From assembly GCA_050953065.1 (NCBI GenBank), contig JBMNLZ010000003.1:416001-480000 (forward strand): a stretch of DNA of 64,000 bases, written 5' to 3'. The translations under genes were made by a program, and so were the position numbers. This document shows positions 37,071 to 47,890 of this stretch, in pieces. Origin of the DNA: Bacilli bacterium. GTDB lineage: Bacteria; Bacillota_I; Bacilli_A; ML615J-28; CAG-698. The notes under the pieces are model-generated. The model was not told the origin of the DNA. It saw nothing but the letters and a program-made list of their open reading frames with translations, and made no database searches. Every line of letters starts with the position of its first letter. The stretch's first letter is position 1.

Positions 37071-40000
37071 TTATGATCCTGCATAATACCACCAGACAAC
37101 TGGTCTATTATCTGGATTCCAAAGAAAAGACCATCCCATTGGTTTAGAAGGTGCCTCGCAATTAATCGTTAAACTATCACAATCATCAAATACAGAAGAA
37201 CCCATATACATCGTGCTTGCAGGAATTATTATGCTTGGTAAAAGTCTACACTGAAAAAAAGCAGCCTGTCCGATACTAACAAGATTTGAAGGAAGCGTTA
37301 CAGAGGTTAACTCTTCGCATGCATAAAAGACTCTGTTTCCTATATATGTTGCACTAGGTATTACAACACTTGTTAGTTGTGTGCAACCATAAAAAACATT
37401 ATCATAAATTGTTTCTAAAGTATTTGGTAGTGTTATATTTGTTAGGCTACTGCTTTCAAAAGCAGAGTTACCTATACTAATTAAATTACTAGATAATGCT
37501 ATAGTTGTTAAACCACTATTTTTAAAAGCATACTCACCTATACTAATTAAATTACTAGACGGTGTTATAGTTGTTAAACTTGTACACCATTCAAAAGTGG
37601 ACCTTTTAATCTCAGTTACACCATTTGGAATTACAATATTTTCTAACTTACCTGCTCTATAAAAAGCATACTCACCAAGAGATGTTAAACTATTTGGTAA
37701 TGTTATATTTATCAAATTAGTACAATTTGAAAATGCATTGTTACCAATAGTTTCAACTCCTTCTGGAATTGTTATATTTTTCAAAGCAATACAATTTGAA
37801 AATGCATTGTTGTCTAGACTTTTTATTCCTTCCAAGATTGCTATGTTTTCAAGAACTATACAACCTGAAAATGCATATTTTCCGATACTTATCAAATTTT
37901 CATGCATTACTACGTTTTGTAAATTTCCACATTGATAAAAAACATAGTCTTCTATTTTTATTACATTAGATGGAATTGTTATACTAGTTAAATTTGAACA
38001 TCTTTCAAAAGCATTAGTACCAATACTTTCAAGACTGTTTGGAAGAGAGATATTATTTAATTTATAACAATTTTTAAAAGTTGCTTTCCCTATGGAAATT
38101 ATGTTACTAGAAAACTCAACACTTTCTAAAACATAACAACTTTCAAAAACAGATTCACCAATACTTATAACTTTTTCTGGAAAAGTTATATTGGTTAATT
38201 TATTACAACCATAAAAAGCAAAAGACCCAATCTTAGTAAGATTGTTTGGTAAATTTATATTAACCAAATAAGTATTTTGATAAAAAGCATTTTGAGCTAT
38301 TTCTTTTACATCGTAGTTTTCTATTTTTTCTGGTATTGTTACTGTTGCTAATCCGCCTTTATAAGTTACGATTACTACACTATATACAGCCCCATCAAAA
38401 ACCACTGCATATTCAAAATTATTTTCTTCACCCAAACTAACAAAGCCCCAAATTACTGGTCTAGAATCTGGATTCCATGCATCACTCCAACCATCAGGTT
38501 TAGAGATATTCTCAGCATAAATATTTAACTTATTACAAAGTAAAAAAGCATCAGTTCCTATATTTTCAATATTTTTTGAAAGAACAATCTTTGTTAGGTT
38601 TTTACATGAAGCAAAAGCACCTTTTCCAATAGAAGTGATTGTCTCAGGAAGAATAATTGTTCTTCCAGCATAATTAGAAAAAGCATATTCTTCTATTTTT
38701 TTAACATCATAATCTTCTATTTTTTCTGGTACATTTAAAATATTAAAAGCACCTGTATATTCAATTATTATTACACTATAATTAGAATCAATTGATGAAA
38801 TCGCATATTTAAAATCATATAATACCCCTGAATTAACAAAGCCCCATACGACCGGTCTGTTGTCTGGGTTCCACTGCAAATCCCAATCACTAGGCTTTTC
38901 TTCTGCTTTAATAAAAATATTTAATTTAGTACAATTAAAAAAAACTTCACTTTCCATAGTAATTAAACTTGTTGGAAGAATAATGCTTTTTAATAGACTA
39001 CAATTATAAAAAGCATGCGTTCCTATTTTAGTAAGGGTTTCTGGAATATTAATAGAAGCTAGCTTTTCGCAATCATAAAAAGCTTTTCTTCCAAGATAAG
39101 TTATTCCTTCTGATAGAGTTAGATTTACTAAAGCCCCACAAGAAAAAAAGGCCTCCTCATCTATACTAGTAATAGTTAAAGAAAGAGTTACATCTGTTAA
39201 ACTTCTACAATTATAAAAAACTCTTTTTTCAATAGTTTCAATTCCATTTAATAACATCACAGTTTTTAAATTAGTACAACCTGAAAAACAATCTTCACTT
39301 ATCTTTTTAACCGACCCTGGAATACTAATAGATGTTAGTTTTGTACAGTTTAAAAAAGCTTTCTTTCCGATACTTGTAATAGAATCAGAAAAAGTAACTT
39401 TTATTAAATTAGAACATCCTTCAAAAGCACGTTCTCCAACACTAGTAATATTTGATAAAAGAGTTATATAATTTAAAGTTAAACAATTCAAGAAACCTTC
39501 ATCTTGGATTTTTGTAACTAACTTATCTTTATATCTTTTAGGTATCTTAATATCTCTAACTGTACATGTTCCTCTTGAAACCGCATATGTATCATCTTCT
39601 AGTAAAGTATATTCTAATCCTGCTGTTGCCCACTCAGCATAAAGAGTAATATTATGTGCTGGCATTACATCAAAAACATAAAAATTATTTAATTCAACAT
39701 CACTATACCAACCAACAAATTCAAACCCTTCTTTTATAGGATCATCTGGTGCCTCTAATTTTTCTCCTTCTTCTAATACAATTTTTTTTACCATACTTCC
39801 ACCATTAGTATTAAAATAAACTGCTGGAAGAATTTTCATCCAAGAAGCATATAAAACCAAATCTTCATTGATAGAATTTTTTGAAAACTCCCATTTTGTA
39901 TCTAGGGTTTCTCCACCATCCATACTTGTATACCAACCTAAAAAAGCATAGCCTTCTTTGTAAACTGTTGGACTATCTATCTTTTCCCCTTCTTTTACGA

Positions 40001-40163
40001 TATAAGGTTCTATAGTATTACCTTCCATAGAATTAAAACTAACTGTATAAGTTACATCAAATGCTATAGGCTTATCACGTAATAGTAAATACAAGCCTAA
40101 AACAATAGTTACTGAAACAACTATTATTGTATTTATTATTACTATTTTTATTGTTTTCTTCAT
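37071..40163 (-). CDS. Membrane-anchored InlB B-repeat and BspA-type LRR surface protein
   Basis: N-terminal TM helix; two KEG..F.GWY repeats; many C..L..I.LP.....IG..AF LRRs; start moved to MKKTIK (GGGAG RBS). Confidence 0.85.
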   Translation of the reverse strand: MKKTIKIVIINTIIVVSVTIVLGLYLLLRDKPIAFDVTYTVSFNSMEGNTIEPYIVKEGEKIDSPTVYKEGYAFLGWYTSMDGGETLDTKWEFSKNSINEDLVLYASWMKILPAVYFNTNGGSMVKKIVLEEGEKLEAPDDPIKEGFEFVGWYSDVELNNFYVFDVMPAHNITLYAEWATAGLEYTLLEDDTYAVSRGTCTVRDIKIPKRYKDKLVTKIQDEGFLNCLTLNYITLLSNITSVGERAFEGCSNLIKVTFSDSITSIGKKAFLNCTKLTSISIPGSVKKISEDCFSGCTNLKTVMLLNGIETIEKRVFYNCRSLTDVTLSLTITSIDEEAFFSCGALVNLTLSEGITYLGRKAFYDCEKLASINIPETLTKIGTHAFYNCSLLKSIILPTSLITMESEVFFNCTKLNIFIKAEEKPSDWDLQWNPDNRPVVWGFVNSGVLYDFKYAISSIDSNYSVIIIEYTGAFNILNVPEKIEDYDVKKIEEYAFSNYAGRTIILPETITSIGKGAFASCKNLTKIVLSKNIENIGTDAFLLCNKLNIYAENISKPDGWSDAWNPDSRPVIWGFVSLGEENNFEYAVVFDGAVYSVVIVTYKGGLATVTIPEKIENYDVKEIAQNAFYQNTYLVNINLPNNLTKIGSFAFYGCNKLTNITFPEKVISIGESVFESCYVLESVEFSSNIISIGKATFKNCYKLNNISLPNSLESIGTNAFERCSNLTSITIPSNVIKIEDYVFYQCGNLQNVVMHENLISIGKYAFSGCIVLENIAILEGIKSLDNNAFSNCIALKNITIPEGVETIGNNAFSNCTNLINITLPNSLTSLGEYAFYRAGKLENIVIPNGVTEIKRSTFEWCTSLTTITPSSNLISIGEYAFKNSGLTTIALSSNLISIGNSAFESSSLTNITLPNTLETIYDNVFYGCTQLTSVVIPSATYIGNRVFYACEELTSVTLPSNLVSIGQAAFFQCRLLPSIIIPASTMYMGSSVFDDCDSLTINCEAPSKPMGWSFLWNPDNRPVVWWYYAGS

Positions 40164-40268
40164 AGCCTTACTCCCTAATTCATTATACAATAACTTTAAG
40201 TGATTTACAATTTAAAGAATTAGTTAGTTAATATAAAATTAAGGCCTTAATGGCCTTAATTTATAATA

Positions 40269-40805
40269 TTATTTTTTATATTTTTTGTACTTAACTTTAC
40301 CTTTTTTATTTTTATTCATATACTTAAATGCCAAGCGTTCTAAGTCTTCAACACTTCCTTCTTTAATATCTTTTTTTATTAGCAACATTCCAGATTGATT
40401 CGCAACATAAATATAGATATAATCTTTTTGTTCATAAATTGATTCAATATCACTCCAGTTATATATGATTCTACCTTGTTCACTTTTTCTTTCAATTCTT
40501 ATTTTATTAATTTCAATTGTTTCTTCTATACCTTTTCTTTTATCTTCTTCTTGATTAACAATTGAATTGACTTTCCAAAAAATTAAAGTCGGAGTTAACA
40601 AGACAGTAAAAGCAGCTAAAGTCCAAGAAAAAGTTATATTAGGAAGACTAGGTGCTTTAATTGTATTAGAAATTGCTAAAGCTATCATCATTAAACAAAC
40701 TGCATAAACAACATAAGTTGATTTTGATTTTTTAAGCATATGAAATTTATAAAATGCTTTATGAGCTTTTTTATCATAGATACTAATTGCGATTATCTTA
40801 TCCAT
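40269..40805 (-). CDS. YcxB family membrane protein
   Basis: Two TM helices, YNWSDI..IYEQKDYIYIY; GGAGG RBS before ATG 40805. Confidence 0.72.
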   Translation of the reverse strand: MDKIIAISIYDKKAHKAFYKFHMLKKSKSTYVVYAVCLMMIALAISNTIKAPSLPNITFSWTLAAFTVLLTPTLIFWKVNSIVNQEEDKRKGIEETIEINKIRIERKSEQGRIIYNWSDIESIYEQKDYIYIYVANQSGMLLIKKDIKEGSVEDLERLAFKYMNKNKKGKVKYKKYKK

Positions 40806-40934
40806 TTTATTTACCTCCAATAAACTTTTTTATTCATTATACCACATTTTTCTAATTTTTTACTAATTATTTTTAATAATTAGTGTTATAATATAACAGG
40901 TGAAAATATAAAGATATTTTAGAAGGAGGTTCAT

Positions 40935-41804
40935 ATGGACAAAATCACTAGGGCACTTGCTTTAAACAATGAAATAAAGGTCAGTATTGCTAAAACAAAA
41001 GAGATTGCTAATACTGCTTTAAAACTACACAATCTATGGCCAACTAGTTTAAGTGTTTTGGCTAAAACTCTAACTATTGGTGCCATGATGGGAAAAATGT
41101 TAAAAGGAAGTGATGCACTAACTATTAAAATAAATGGCAATGGTCCAATTGGAAATATTGTAGTTGATGCTAATGCACTTGGAGAGGTTAGAGGTTATGT
41201 CGATAATCCTCATATTAACTTCATCAACAATCAAAATATTTTAGATGATAAAACTGCAATTGGATTAGATGGTTTTATTGAAGTTATTAAAACTCAAAAC
41301 CTAAAAACTGACTTTTCTTCTTCAGTTGAAATTAAAACAGGCGATCTTGCTAATGACTTTACTTATTATTTTTTTACATCAGAACAAACTCCAACTATTA
41401 TTCTACTTAATCTAGATATTTCAAAAGAGGCACTTGTTACTGAAAGTAATGGTTTTTTAATTCAAACACTTCCTAAAACAAATGAAGCTACTATTAAATA
41501 TTTAGAAAAAACTTTTGAAAACTTTAAAAATACTGCTTCTTTATTAAGTAAAGATGCAACAGATATTTTAAAAACTCTTTTTAAAGATGATTATGTTATT
41601 CTAGAAGAATCAAATCTAATTTATAATTGTAATTGTTCTAAACTTAACTTTTCAAAAGGTTTAGGAAGTTTAAATAAAAAAGATTTGAAACAAATTATTG
41701 ATGAGGATGAAAAAGCAGAGATTATTTGCAATTACTGTAAAAAAGAATATCTCTTTTCTAAAGATGAATTAAATATAATTTTAGATAAAGGAAAATTAGT
41801 ATAA
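40935..41804 (+). CDS. hslO: Hsp33 redox-regulated chaperone
   Basis: GNGPIG, VRGYV, SEQTPT, CNCS...CNYC Zn switch. Confidence 0.92.
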   Translation: MDKITRALALNNEIKVSIAKTKEIANTALKLHNLWPTSLSVLAKTLTIGAMMGKMLKGSDALTIKINGNGPIGNIVVDANALGEVRGYVDNPHINFINNQNILDDKTAIGLDGFIEVIKTQNLKTDFSSSVEIKTGDLANDFTYYFFTSEQTPTIILLNLDISKEALVTESNGFLIQTLPKTNEATIKYLEKTFENFKNTASLLSKDATDILKTLFKDDYVILEESNLIYNCNCSKLNFSKGLGSLNKKDLKQIIDEDEKAEIICNYCKKEYLFSKDELNIILDKGKLV

Positions 41805-41829
41805 ATTAAAAAATAGAACTTTAAAAGTT

Positions 41830-42381
41830 CTATTTTTTATTTTGGTTTACTTGTTTTGCTTCAATTATTTTTTCATCAATTAATTCTTTAATAATTTTAT
41901 AATTATCATAAACTTCAAAAATATTTGCAAAAACAAATCTAGGAACTTGATTAGTAGTTACTGGTGTACTTACTGTCCCAAAAGTAATAGTTCCAGTTCC
42001 TTTTTTTAAGATCTTATCAAGTACTGATACATTCACTGAAACGAACTGAACTGCCTCTAGGGGAATACTAGAAAAGTCAATTCCTATTAAACCCTTTTGG
42101 ATAATAAATCTCTTATCTGTAACTGTATAAAATTTATTTTTAAAAGCCAAATATTGAAGTACTACAAATAATATATATATTAATATTAAACCAGCAATTA
42201 TTAACATTAATATCAATAATTTAAAAACTTCAACAGCAGATACATAAGTAATAATAGCAATTGCTCCAAAAACTAAAACAATAAATAAACTAACAAATGT
42301 TTCTTTCAAAAAATATGGTTTGTAAGTATATAAAACCTTCTCGTCTTTCATTAAAATTTTCTTTGTTTGATTTTTATTCAT
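41830..42381 (-). CDS. Bacterial PH-domain (bPH_2) membrane protein
   Basis: Two TM helices followed by YTVTDKRFIIQKG...GTGTITF; AAGGAG RBS before ATG 42381. Confidence 0.75.
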   Translation of the reverse strand: MNKNQTKKILMKDEKVLYTYKPYFLKETFVSLFIVLVFGAIAIITYVSAVEVFKLLILMLIIAGLILIYILFVVLQYLAFKNKFYTVTDKRFIIQKGLIGIDFSSIPLEAVQFVSVNVSVLDKILKKGTGTITFGTVSTPVTTNQVPRFVFANIFEVYDNYKIIKELIDEKIIEAKQVNQNKK

Positions 42382-42432
42382 AAAGAGTCTCCTTTTCATC
42401 AATTGCATTCTATCATATGTATTTTAAAAATT

Positions 42433-42810
42433 TCAATCATGTAATTGTAAATTTTTAGTCAATATTAATCTAAAAGGATTAACTACAATTCCTAAGTCTA
42501 AAATTAAACTAGTAATTAAGAAAAAATCAAACTTTTTAAAAATTAGATAATAAATTTTAAAACTAATTAAAACTCCCATTATAAAAATAAATAAAATTAC
42601 TGATAAAAGTTGATAACTAAAGACAGTTTCTTTTTTTATGAATAAGTTTATAATATATCCACAAGCAAATACTAAATTTAAGATGCCTAGCAAACTAGAG
42701 ATTATTATATTATCAAGGATGCTTTCTCTTAAGACATAGATATAAAAAAATATCTCTAAAACAAAAGTTAAAATTACACCTATGATTATAAGCCATTTAT
42801 ATTTAAGCAT
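42433..42810 (-). CDS. Hypothetical 4-TM membrane protein
   Basis: Hydrophobic ORF overlapping the maf stop. Confidence 0.55.
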   Translation of the reverse strand: MLKYKWLIIIGVILTFVLEIFFYIYVLRESILDNIIISSLLGILNLVFACGYIINLFIKKETVFSYQLLSVILFIFIMGVLISFKIYYLIFKKFDFFLITSLILDLGIVVNPFRLILTKNLQLHD

Positions 42811-43369
42811 TGATAATTCCTTTTTTCTTTAATATCTCATAGACTCTTGCTAGAGGAAGACCTACAACATTATAATAATCACCCTTAATATAGGATACAT
42901 GTTTACCAAAATCTCCTTGAATCGCATAGCTTCCAGCTTTATCATAAACATTTTCTTTTGTTATATAATTGGCTATTTCACTATCACTCATCTTATTCAC
43001 AGTAACAAAAGTTTCTTCATGAAATAATTCATATTCGGTTTTAGTTCCAATAAAAACCGCTGTAATAACTCTATGAGTTTTACCAGATAAATTTTTAAGC
43101 ATTAAAAATGCATCTTTTTCATCTTTTGGTTTTCCTAAAATTTTTCCGTTTAACTCTACTATCGTATCAGCTGTTAAAACAAGCGCATCAGTATTGGTGC
43201 TTAAAACATCCATTCCTTTTAAATATGCTAATCTTCTAACACATTTCAAAGGATTTTTTTCATCAATCATTTCATCAATACCGCTGACTGCTACTTTAAA
43301 TTTAACGCCAATTTTAGCAAGTAATTCTTGTCGCCTAAGAGAGGCAGACCCTAAAATAATTTCTTTCAA
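42803..43369 (-). CDS. maf: Maf-family nucleoside triphosphate pyrophosphatase
   Basis: ILGSAS.RR, ADTIV, GKPKD, DKAGSYAIQG, NVVGLP; TTG start after GAGGTG. Confidence 0.92.
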   Translation of the reverse strand: MKEIILGSASLRRQELLAKIGVKFKVAVSGIDEMIDEKNPLKCVRRLAYLKGMDVLSTNTDALVLTADTIVELNGKILGKPKDEKDAFLMLKNLSGKTHRVITAVFIGTKTEYELFHEETFVTVNKMSDSEIANYITKENVYDKAGSYAIQGDFGKHVSYIKGDYYNVVGLPLARVYEILKKKGIINA

Positions 43370-43373
43370 ACAA

Positions 43374-43958
43374 TCACCTCATATGAAATTTCTTTTTAAA
43401 CTCATGAATAATTTGACCACGATATAAAATTACTGTCAATAGTAAACTTACAAGTGAACATGATGCTAAAACAATCCAAGGCCAAGTTATTTTTATTACT
43501 CCAGCAAATCCTAAAATTATCGAAAATAATCCTAAAATTATATAAACATAAAAATATAAAATGTTTGTTAATCTTCTTTTAAAGTGAATAAAAAAGAAAA
43601 TACTTGCAATTATAACTGCAGAAAAACAAACAATCGGTATTACAATATTTATTGCCCAACCTCTATAACCAGAAATAAAATCAACTAAGAATAAAAATAA
43701 ACTAATAACAATCGCCGATTGAACAATTTTTCTTAAAATTCCTGATTCAATCATGGCATCAGATAAAAACACAAACCAAAAAACTATTTCTCCACCCCAA
43801 ACATATAAAAACCAAAACTTTCCACCAACTAATAAATTTATTAATCCTGTAACAAAAGCTGCTGTTACAAAAACTGCTAGAATTATTCTTTTCATCAAAA
43901 CAATATCAAAAGCTTTTCTTTTATATTCAGGATACATACTTGTATCTTCTATTTTCAT
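43374..43958 (-). CDS. DUF6320-like membrane protein
   Basis: MYPEY N-terminus, about 6 TM helices, W...IVIP, EFKKKFH C-terminus; typical partner of the acyltransferase gene. Confidence 0.65.
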   Translation of the reverse strand: MKIEDTSMYPEYKRKAFDIVLMKRIILAVFVTAAFVTGLINLLVGGKFWFLYVWGGEIVFWFVFLSDAMIESGILRKIVQSAIVISLFLFLVDFISGYRGWAINIVIPIVCFSAVIIASIFFFIHFKRRLTNILYFYVYIILGLFSIILGFAGVIKITWPWIVLASCSLVSLLLTVILYRGQIIHEFKKKFHMR

Positions 43959-45448
43959 TTTTCCCTACTCCCGTACACATGAACATTAACACCTAAATCA
44001 ACTAAATACTTAAAGATAGTCTCTTCAAAAGTGCTTTCTTTAATTGCTTTATTAATAGAGATAATACTTTTATCTTTAAAAGTATTCATCGATACAGCAA
44101 CATTATTTAAAATTAGAGTTCCTAAAATGCAATCATATTTTTCAATATATTCTTCTAAACTTTTTCTAACTTTAATTATTCCTAAATTAGAAAAACATGT
44201 TGCATATGATCTTTCAACAGAAGGATAGATAAAAGGCATTACTAAACTTTTTAAAAACAAAGGAATGTATTTTAAATTACTAATCAATCGATTTGATTTA
44301 GTCATAATCTTATCTAATTCTTCTTTAGTATTTTTGATTTTTAATTGACTATCTACTTCTTTTAAAACTTCATCAAAATCATTAATCTCACTATGCTTTA
44401 TTCTAATCCCTGCTATCATTGAAAAATTTTTCAAAGTTTTAGTTGGATAATATTTACGCATATTAACTGGGACTTGAATTTGAATAGAACTATTTGGTTT
44501 AATTTTTTGTTTTTTAATACTTGCTTTAACTGCAAAAAACATCATTGCAATAATCATCACAGATACTGTTACACCACGTTCTTTACATTTTGTTTTTAAT
44601 TCATTACAGTCCATTTCAAAATTAATGATTTGACTAGGTTGCATTAAAGTTCTTTTCCCTTCAACTTGAAGCGAAGGCTTTTCAACAAAGTTTGCTTTTC
44701 CACTACTTCTATCAGTTTTTGGAAAATAGTTTTCAAATTCAGCTTCTTGAGGTTCTTCATGAATCTCAAAGAAACCATCCTCACTTGTAATCTCTTTACC
44801 CATTAATCTAAAATATTCACCAATTAAAGTTTCTAAGAAAATTAAAGCTCCACTCCCATCCGTTAAGATATGAAAGAATTCAACTGAAACTCTATTCTTA
44901 TAATATAGAACTCTAAATGATGCATGAATTCCATGGGCTATATCCATATAGCCACATGGCACTTTTTCTTCTTGTTCAACTTTAAATCTTCTTTTAATTC
45001 CATCAATATAATGCCAGAAAAATCCCCATCTAACTGCAGTAGCAAAATATGGGAATCTTTTAATAGTAAAGTTAAGTGCCATTTGAAGAACCTTTGGATT
45101 AACTCTTTCCTTTAAATACATTGATACCCTAAAAATACTCATCCACTTCATATTCATTGCTAATGGATATGCCTTAGCTGCATGATCTAGTGGATACCAA
45201 TCATTGATTCTTTTGTATTGGTAAAAAGTATCAAGTTTATCTAAACTAAGACGATTTATAATTTCTTCAATACTAACACCTTTATTTAGATAATAAAGGA
45301 TTATCTGTTCATAATCCTTCATCAATCCTTTTTTATAATATCTTGAAATTTTGATTTTTTTGGATACTTCTTTTAAAAAATCTAGTATTATCACATCATC
45401 ATCTTTAATCCAACGTTTCAAGATTTTTTTAAATTTTTTAGTTATCAT
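43955..45448 (-). CDS. Alcohol-acetyltransferase/condensation-domain-like acyltransferase with an N-terminal helical extension
   Basis: WYPLDHAAK.YP, GFFWHY, FFHILTDGSG (HxxxDG), VPVNMRKYYP..TLKNF, FSNLG. Confidence 0.78.
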   Translation of the reverse strand: MITKKFKKILKRWIKDDDVIILDFLKEVSKKIKISRYYKKGLMKDYEQIILYYLNKGVSIEEIINRLSLDKLDTFYQYKRINDWYPLDHAAKAYPLAMNMKWMSIFRVSMYLKERVNPKVLQMALNFTIKRFPYFATAVRWGFFWHYIDGIKRRFKVEQEEKVPCGYMDIAHGIHASFRVLYYKNRVSVEFFHILTDGSGALIFLETLIGEYFRLMGKEITSEDGFFEIHEEPQEAEFENYFPKTDRSSGKANFVEKPSLQVEGKRTLMQPSQIINFEMDCNELKTKCKERGVTVSVMIIAMMFFAVKASIKKQKIKPNSSIQIQVPVNMRKYYPTKTLKNFSMIAGIRIKHSEINDFDEVLKEVDSQLKIKNTKEELDKIMTKSNRLISNLKYIPLFLKSLVMPFIYPSVERSYATCFSNLGIIKVRKSLEEYIEKYDCILGTLILNNVAVSMNTFKDKSIISINKAIKESTFEETIFKYLVDLGVNVHVYGSREK

Positions 45449-45475
45449 TTTTGCCTCTAATTTAAAAATGTATTT

Positions 45476-46468
45476 TTATAACTTTTCCATTACTCTCTTA
45501 CTTATCTTTTCTCTTACTTCTAGGCTTGGAAATTTATTATTAGCAAGTTCAAAAGCCCAAATAATTGCTCCTGTTGCAGGTGGTACTGTTAAGACCTTAC
45601 AAATACAAGTTTTACCTGTTAAAGAATTAATCATTTTTTCAAAATGATTTTGCATAATCTTAGATTCTGCTTTCACCCAAACGCTACCAGCTAAGACTAC
45701 TTCAACTTCATCTTCAAAATCTAAATTACTAACACACCCACCAGCACTTCTTGCTAAAGCAAGACCTATTTCTTCTAAAATACTAATCGCTACTTTATCA
45801 CCTTTATCAGCTTCAATAAAAGCAGCTTTTGTTAAAACATTATAATTTACTTTATTAGTTAAGAAAACATCACTAATTTTTTCCATTAAATAATATTTAT
45901 CACTACATTCAAGTAAATCCATCACTATTTTAGTTAGACTTGTTGCTTCTCCAAAACGATATGCATAATCAAAAACTCTTCTTATTACCATTCTTGAGAT
46001 ATGTCTTCCACCAGCCTCATCCCCAACAATTGCTCCAATTCCACCAACTTGTAAAGTATTGCCTTTTGCATCAATTCCAGCGCTACTTGTCCCAGTCCCA
46101 TTAATTGAGCAAACTCCAACACCTTTAAGTGTCCCTGCTTTAATTCCTAAGAATGAATCATTAACTACAATAAACTTTTCAAACCCAAGTCTAGTAACAA
46201 CTTTTTCTAATTCTTTTTTTTGACGTGGAGTGTCAACTCCAGCCAATCCAAAAACAGCAGCTTTAATATCTTTTACTGTAATTTTATTTTTAGTAAATAG
46301 TTTTTCCAAATCACAATTTAAAACTCGATATGAACCTTCAAAACTATCAGGCAAACCTTCATGACTACAAGTACCACTTCTTAAGTGATCAACAAACTCT
46401 CCTTTTTCATTAAATAAAAAATAATCTGTTTTAGTGTTTCCACCATCTACACCTAAAATATATTTCAT
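45476..46468 (-). CDS. BadF/BadG-family sugar (N-acetylglucosamine/muramic acid-type) kinase
   Basis: GVDGGNTKT, GLAGVD, VVND, NGTG, GG.G..VGDEAGG. Confidence 0.82.
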   Translation of the reverse strand: MKYILGVDGGNTKTDYFLFNEKGEFVDHLRSGTCSHEGLPDSFEGSYRVLNCDLEKLFTKNKITVKDIKAAVFGLAGVDTPRQKKELEKVVTRLGFEKFIVVNDSFLGIKAGTLKGVGVCSINGTGTSSAGIDAKGNTLQVGGIGAIVGDEAGGRHISRMVIRRVFDYAYRFGEATSLTKIVMDLLECSDKYYLMEKISDVFLTNKVNYNVLTKAAFIEADKGDKVAISILEEIGLALARSAGGCVSNLDFEDEVEVVLAGSVWVKAESKIMQNHFEKMINSLTGKTCICKVLTVPPATGAIIWAFELANNKFPSLEVREKISKRVMEKL

Positions 46469-47763
46469 TACTTCTTTTCCTTAAAAAATTGTGGTAAATA
46501 CGCTTTATGCGCTTCTTTTAATTCTTCAAAGCAAGGTTTTGCTAGCTTATAATCTCCAACTAATGGATTAATAAGTAAAGCTTTCATTGCTTCATCTTCA
46601 TCTCCAGTCAAAGCTGCTTTTACTGAATGTTTTTCATAAGCTTTAACCATTTTTGTATAAGCAATAATATGTTCATTATTGCATTTAACTTTTAGAGGAA
46701 TTGCTCCATCTTTTGTAATCTTAGCACATACTTCAACTGCATCATTATCATCCATAAAACTTAGAGCACCTTTATTTAAACAGTTTACTACTTGAACATC
46801 TCCTATATCATTATAAATTGAATTAACTAAGTTAATCGCAACTTCAGAATATCTAGCTCCACCTCTTTTGCTAAGTTCAGCTGGCTTTTCATGAAGTTCT
46901 TGACATTGATATTGTTTTAATAAGCCTTCTTCTAATTCCACACAAATCTCACCACGTGATTTTTCTGCTTCTTTTGCTTTTCTTAATTTTTCATCTTTAT
47001 AATAATAATATTCTAAATAAGGAGAAGGAATTGCTTTTACTGTTTTGATTAATTCAGCTGAAAATCCACTTGTTGGAATATTTTTCATCGATTCAGAGTT
47101 AACTCCTTCATTGACTGCTCTTTCTAGATAATCAATACCATTTGATTTGATTGATGTAATCCAACTCAAATGATTTAATCCAACAAACTCAGTTTCAATG
47201 TTTTGTAAGCCAAGTCGTTTTTCTAGGCTTCCAATCATATTAATTGGAACATTACATAAACCTAACATTTTAACATTAGTATTATTCAATATAGCTTCAG
47301 CTATCATTCCTGATGGATTTGAAAAGTTGATTAACCATGCATCAGGGCAAAGTGCTTCAATTCTTTTAGCAATATTCATCATTACAGGAATAGTTCTCAT
47401 TCCTTTAAAAAATCCACCAATACCATTTGTTTCTTGACCAATTAGATTATATTTTAAAGGTATCTTTTCATCTAGAATTCTAGCTGGAAGTTTTCCAACT
47501 CTAATTTGAACTAAAACAAAACTAGCATTTGTTAATGCTTCATCTAAAGACATTGTTAGAACTACCTTAGTATCTTGTTTTGTAGCTTCAATCATTCTTT
47601 GAGCAAGTCCCCCAACAATTGTTAATTTTCTTTCATCAATGTCCATTAAATATAATTCTTTAACTGGTAAAGAGCTATACTTATTAATTAACCCTTCAAT
47701 CAATTCAGGAGTATAGGTACTTCCTGCTCCAATAATCGCAATTTTTAAATTTTTCTTACTCAT
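46468..47763 (-). CDS. GH4 6-phospho-beta-glucosidase (LicH/ChbF-like)
   Basis: IIGAGSTYTPE, QIRVG, GQET.G.GG, NFSNP, GLCNVP, GLNH, RGGARYS. Confidence 0.9.
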   Translation of the reverse strand: MSKKNLKIAIIGAGSTYTPELIEGLINKYSSLPVKELYLMDIDERKLTIVGGLAQRMIEATKQDTKVVLTMSLDEALTNASFVLVQIRVGKLPARILDEKIPLKYNLIGQETNGIGGFFKGMRTIPVMMNIAKRIEALCPDAWLINFSNPSGMIAEAILNNTNVKMLGLCNVPINMIGSLEKRLGLQNIETEFVGLNHLSWITSIKSNGIDYLERAVNEGVNSESMKNIPTSGFSAELIKTVKAIPSPYLEYYYYKDEKLRKAKEAEKSRGEICVELEEGLLKQYQCQELHEKPAELSKRGGARYSEVAINLVNSIYNDIGDVQVVNCLNKGALSFMDDNDAVEVCAKITKDGAIPLKVKCNNEHIIAYTKMVKAYEKHSVKAALTGDEDEAMKALLINPLVGDYKLAKPCFEELKEAHKAYLPQFFKEKK

Positions 47764-47857
47764 TTTTTTAATACCTCCTAATATTTATATTCTACTTATT
47801 TAATTATACTATCTTTTATTTTTTTTTCAAGAAATAAGACAACTTTATATTTTAATT

Positions 47858-47868
47858 TGTGGTATAAT
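47858..47868 (+). promoter_or_regulatory. Extended -10 promoter TGTGGTATAAT
   Basis: Directly upstream of the AAAGGAGG RBS of the 47891 gene. Confidence 0.65.
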
Positions 47869-47890
47869 GTTTAAAGGAGGAAAATCTATT

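Noticed and set aside
33857-40163. Diversity-generating retroelement acting on the LRR genes
   Set aside because: No reverse transcriptase and no template/variable repeat pair differing at adenines.
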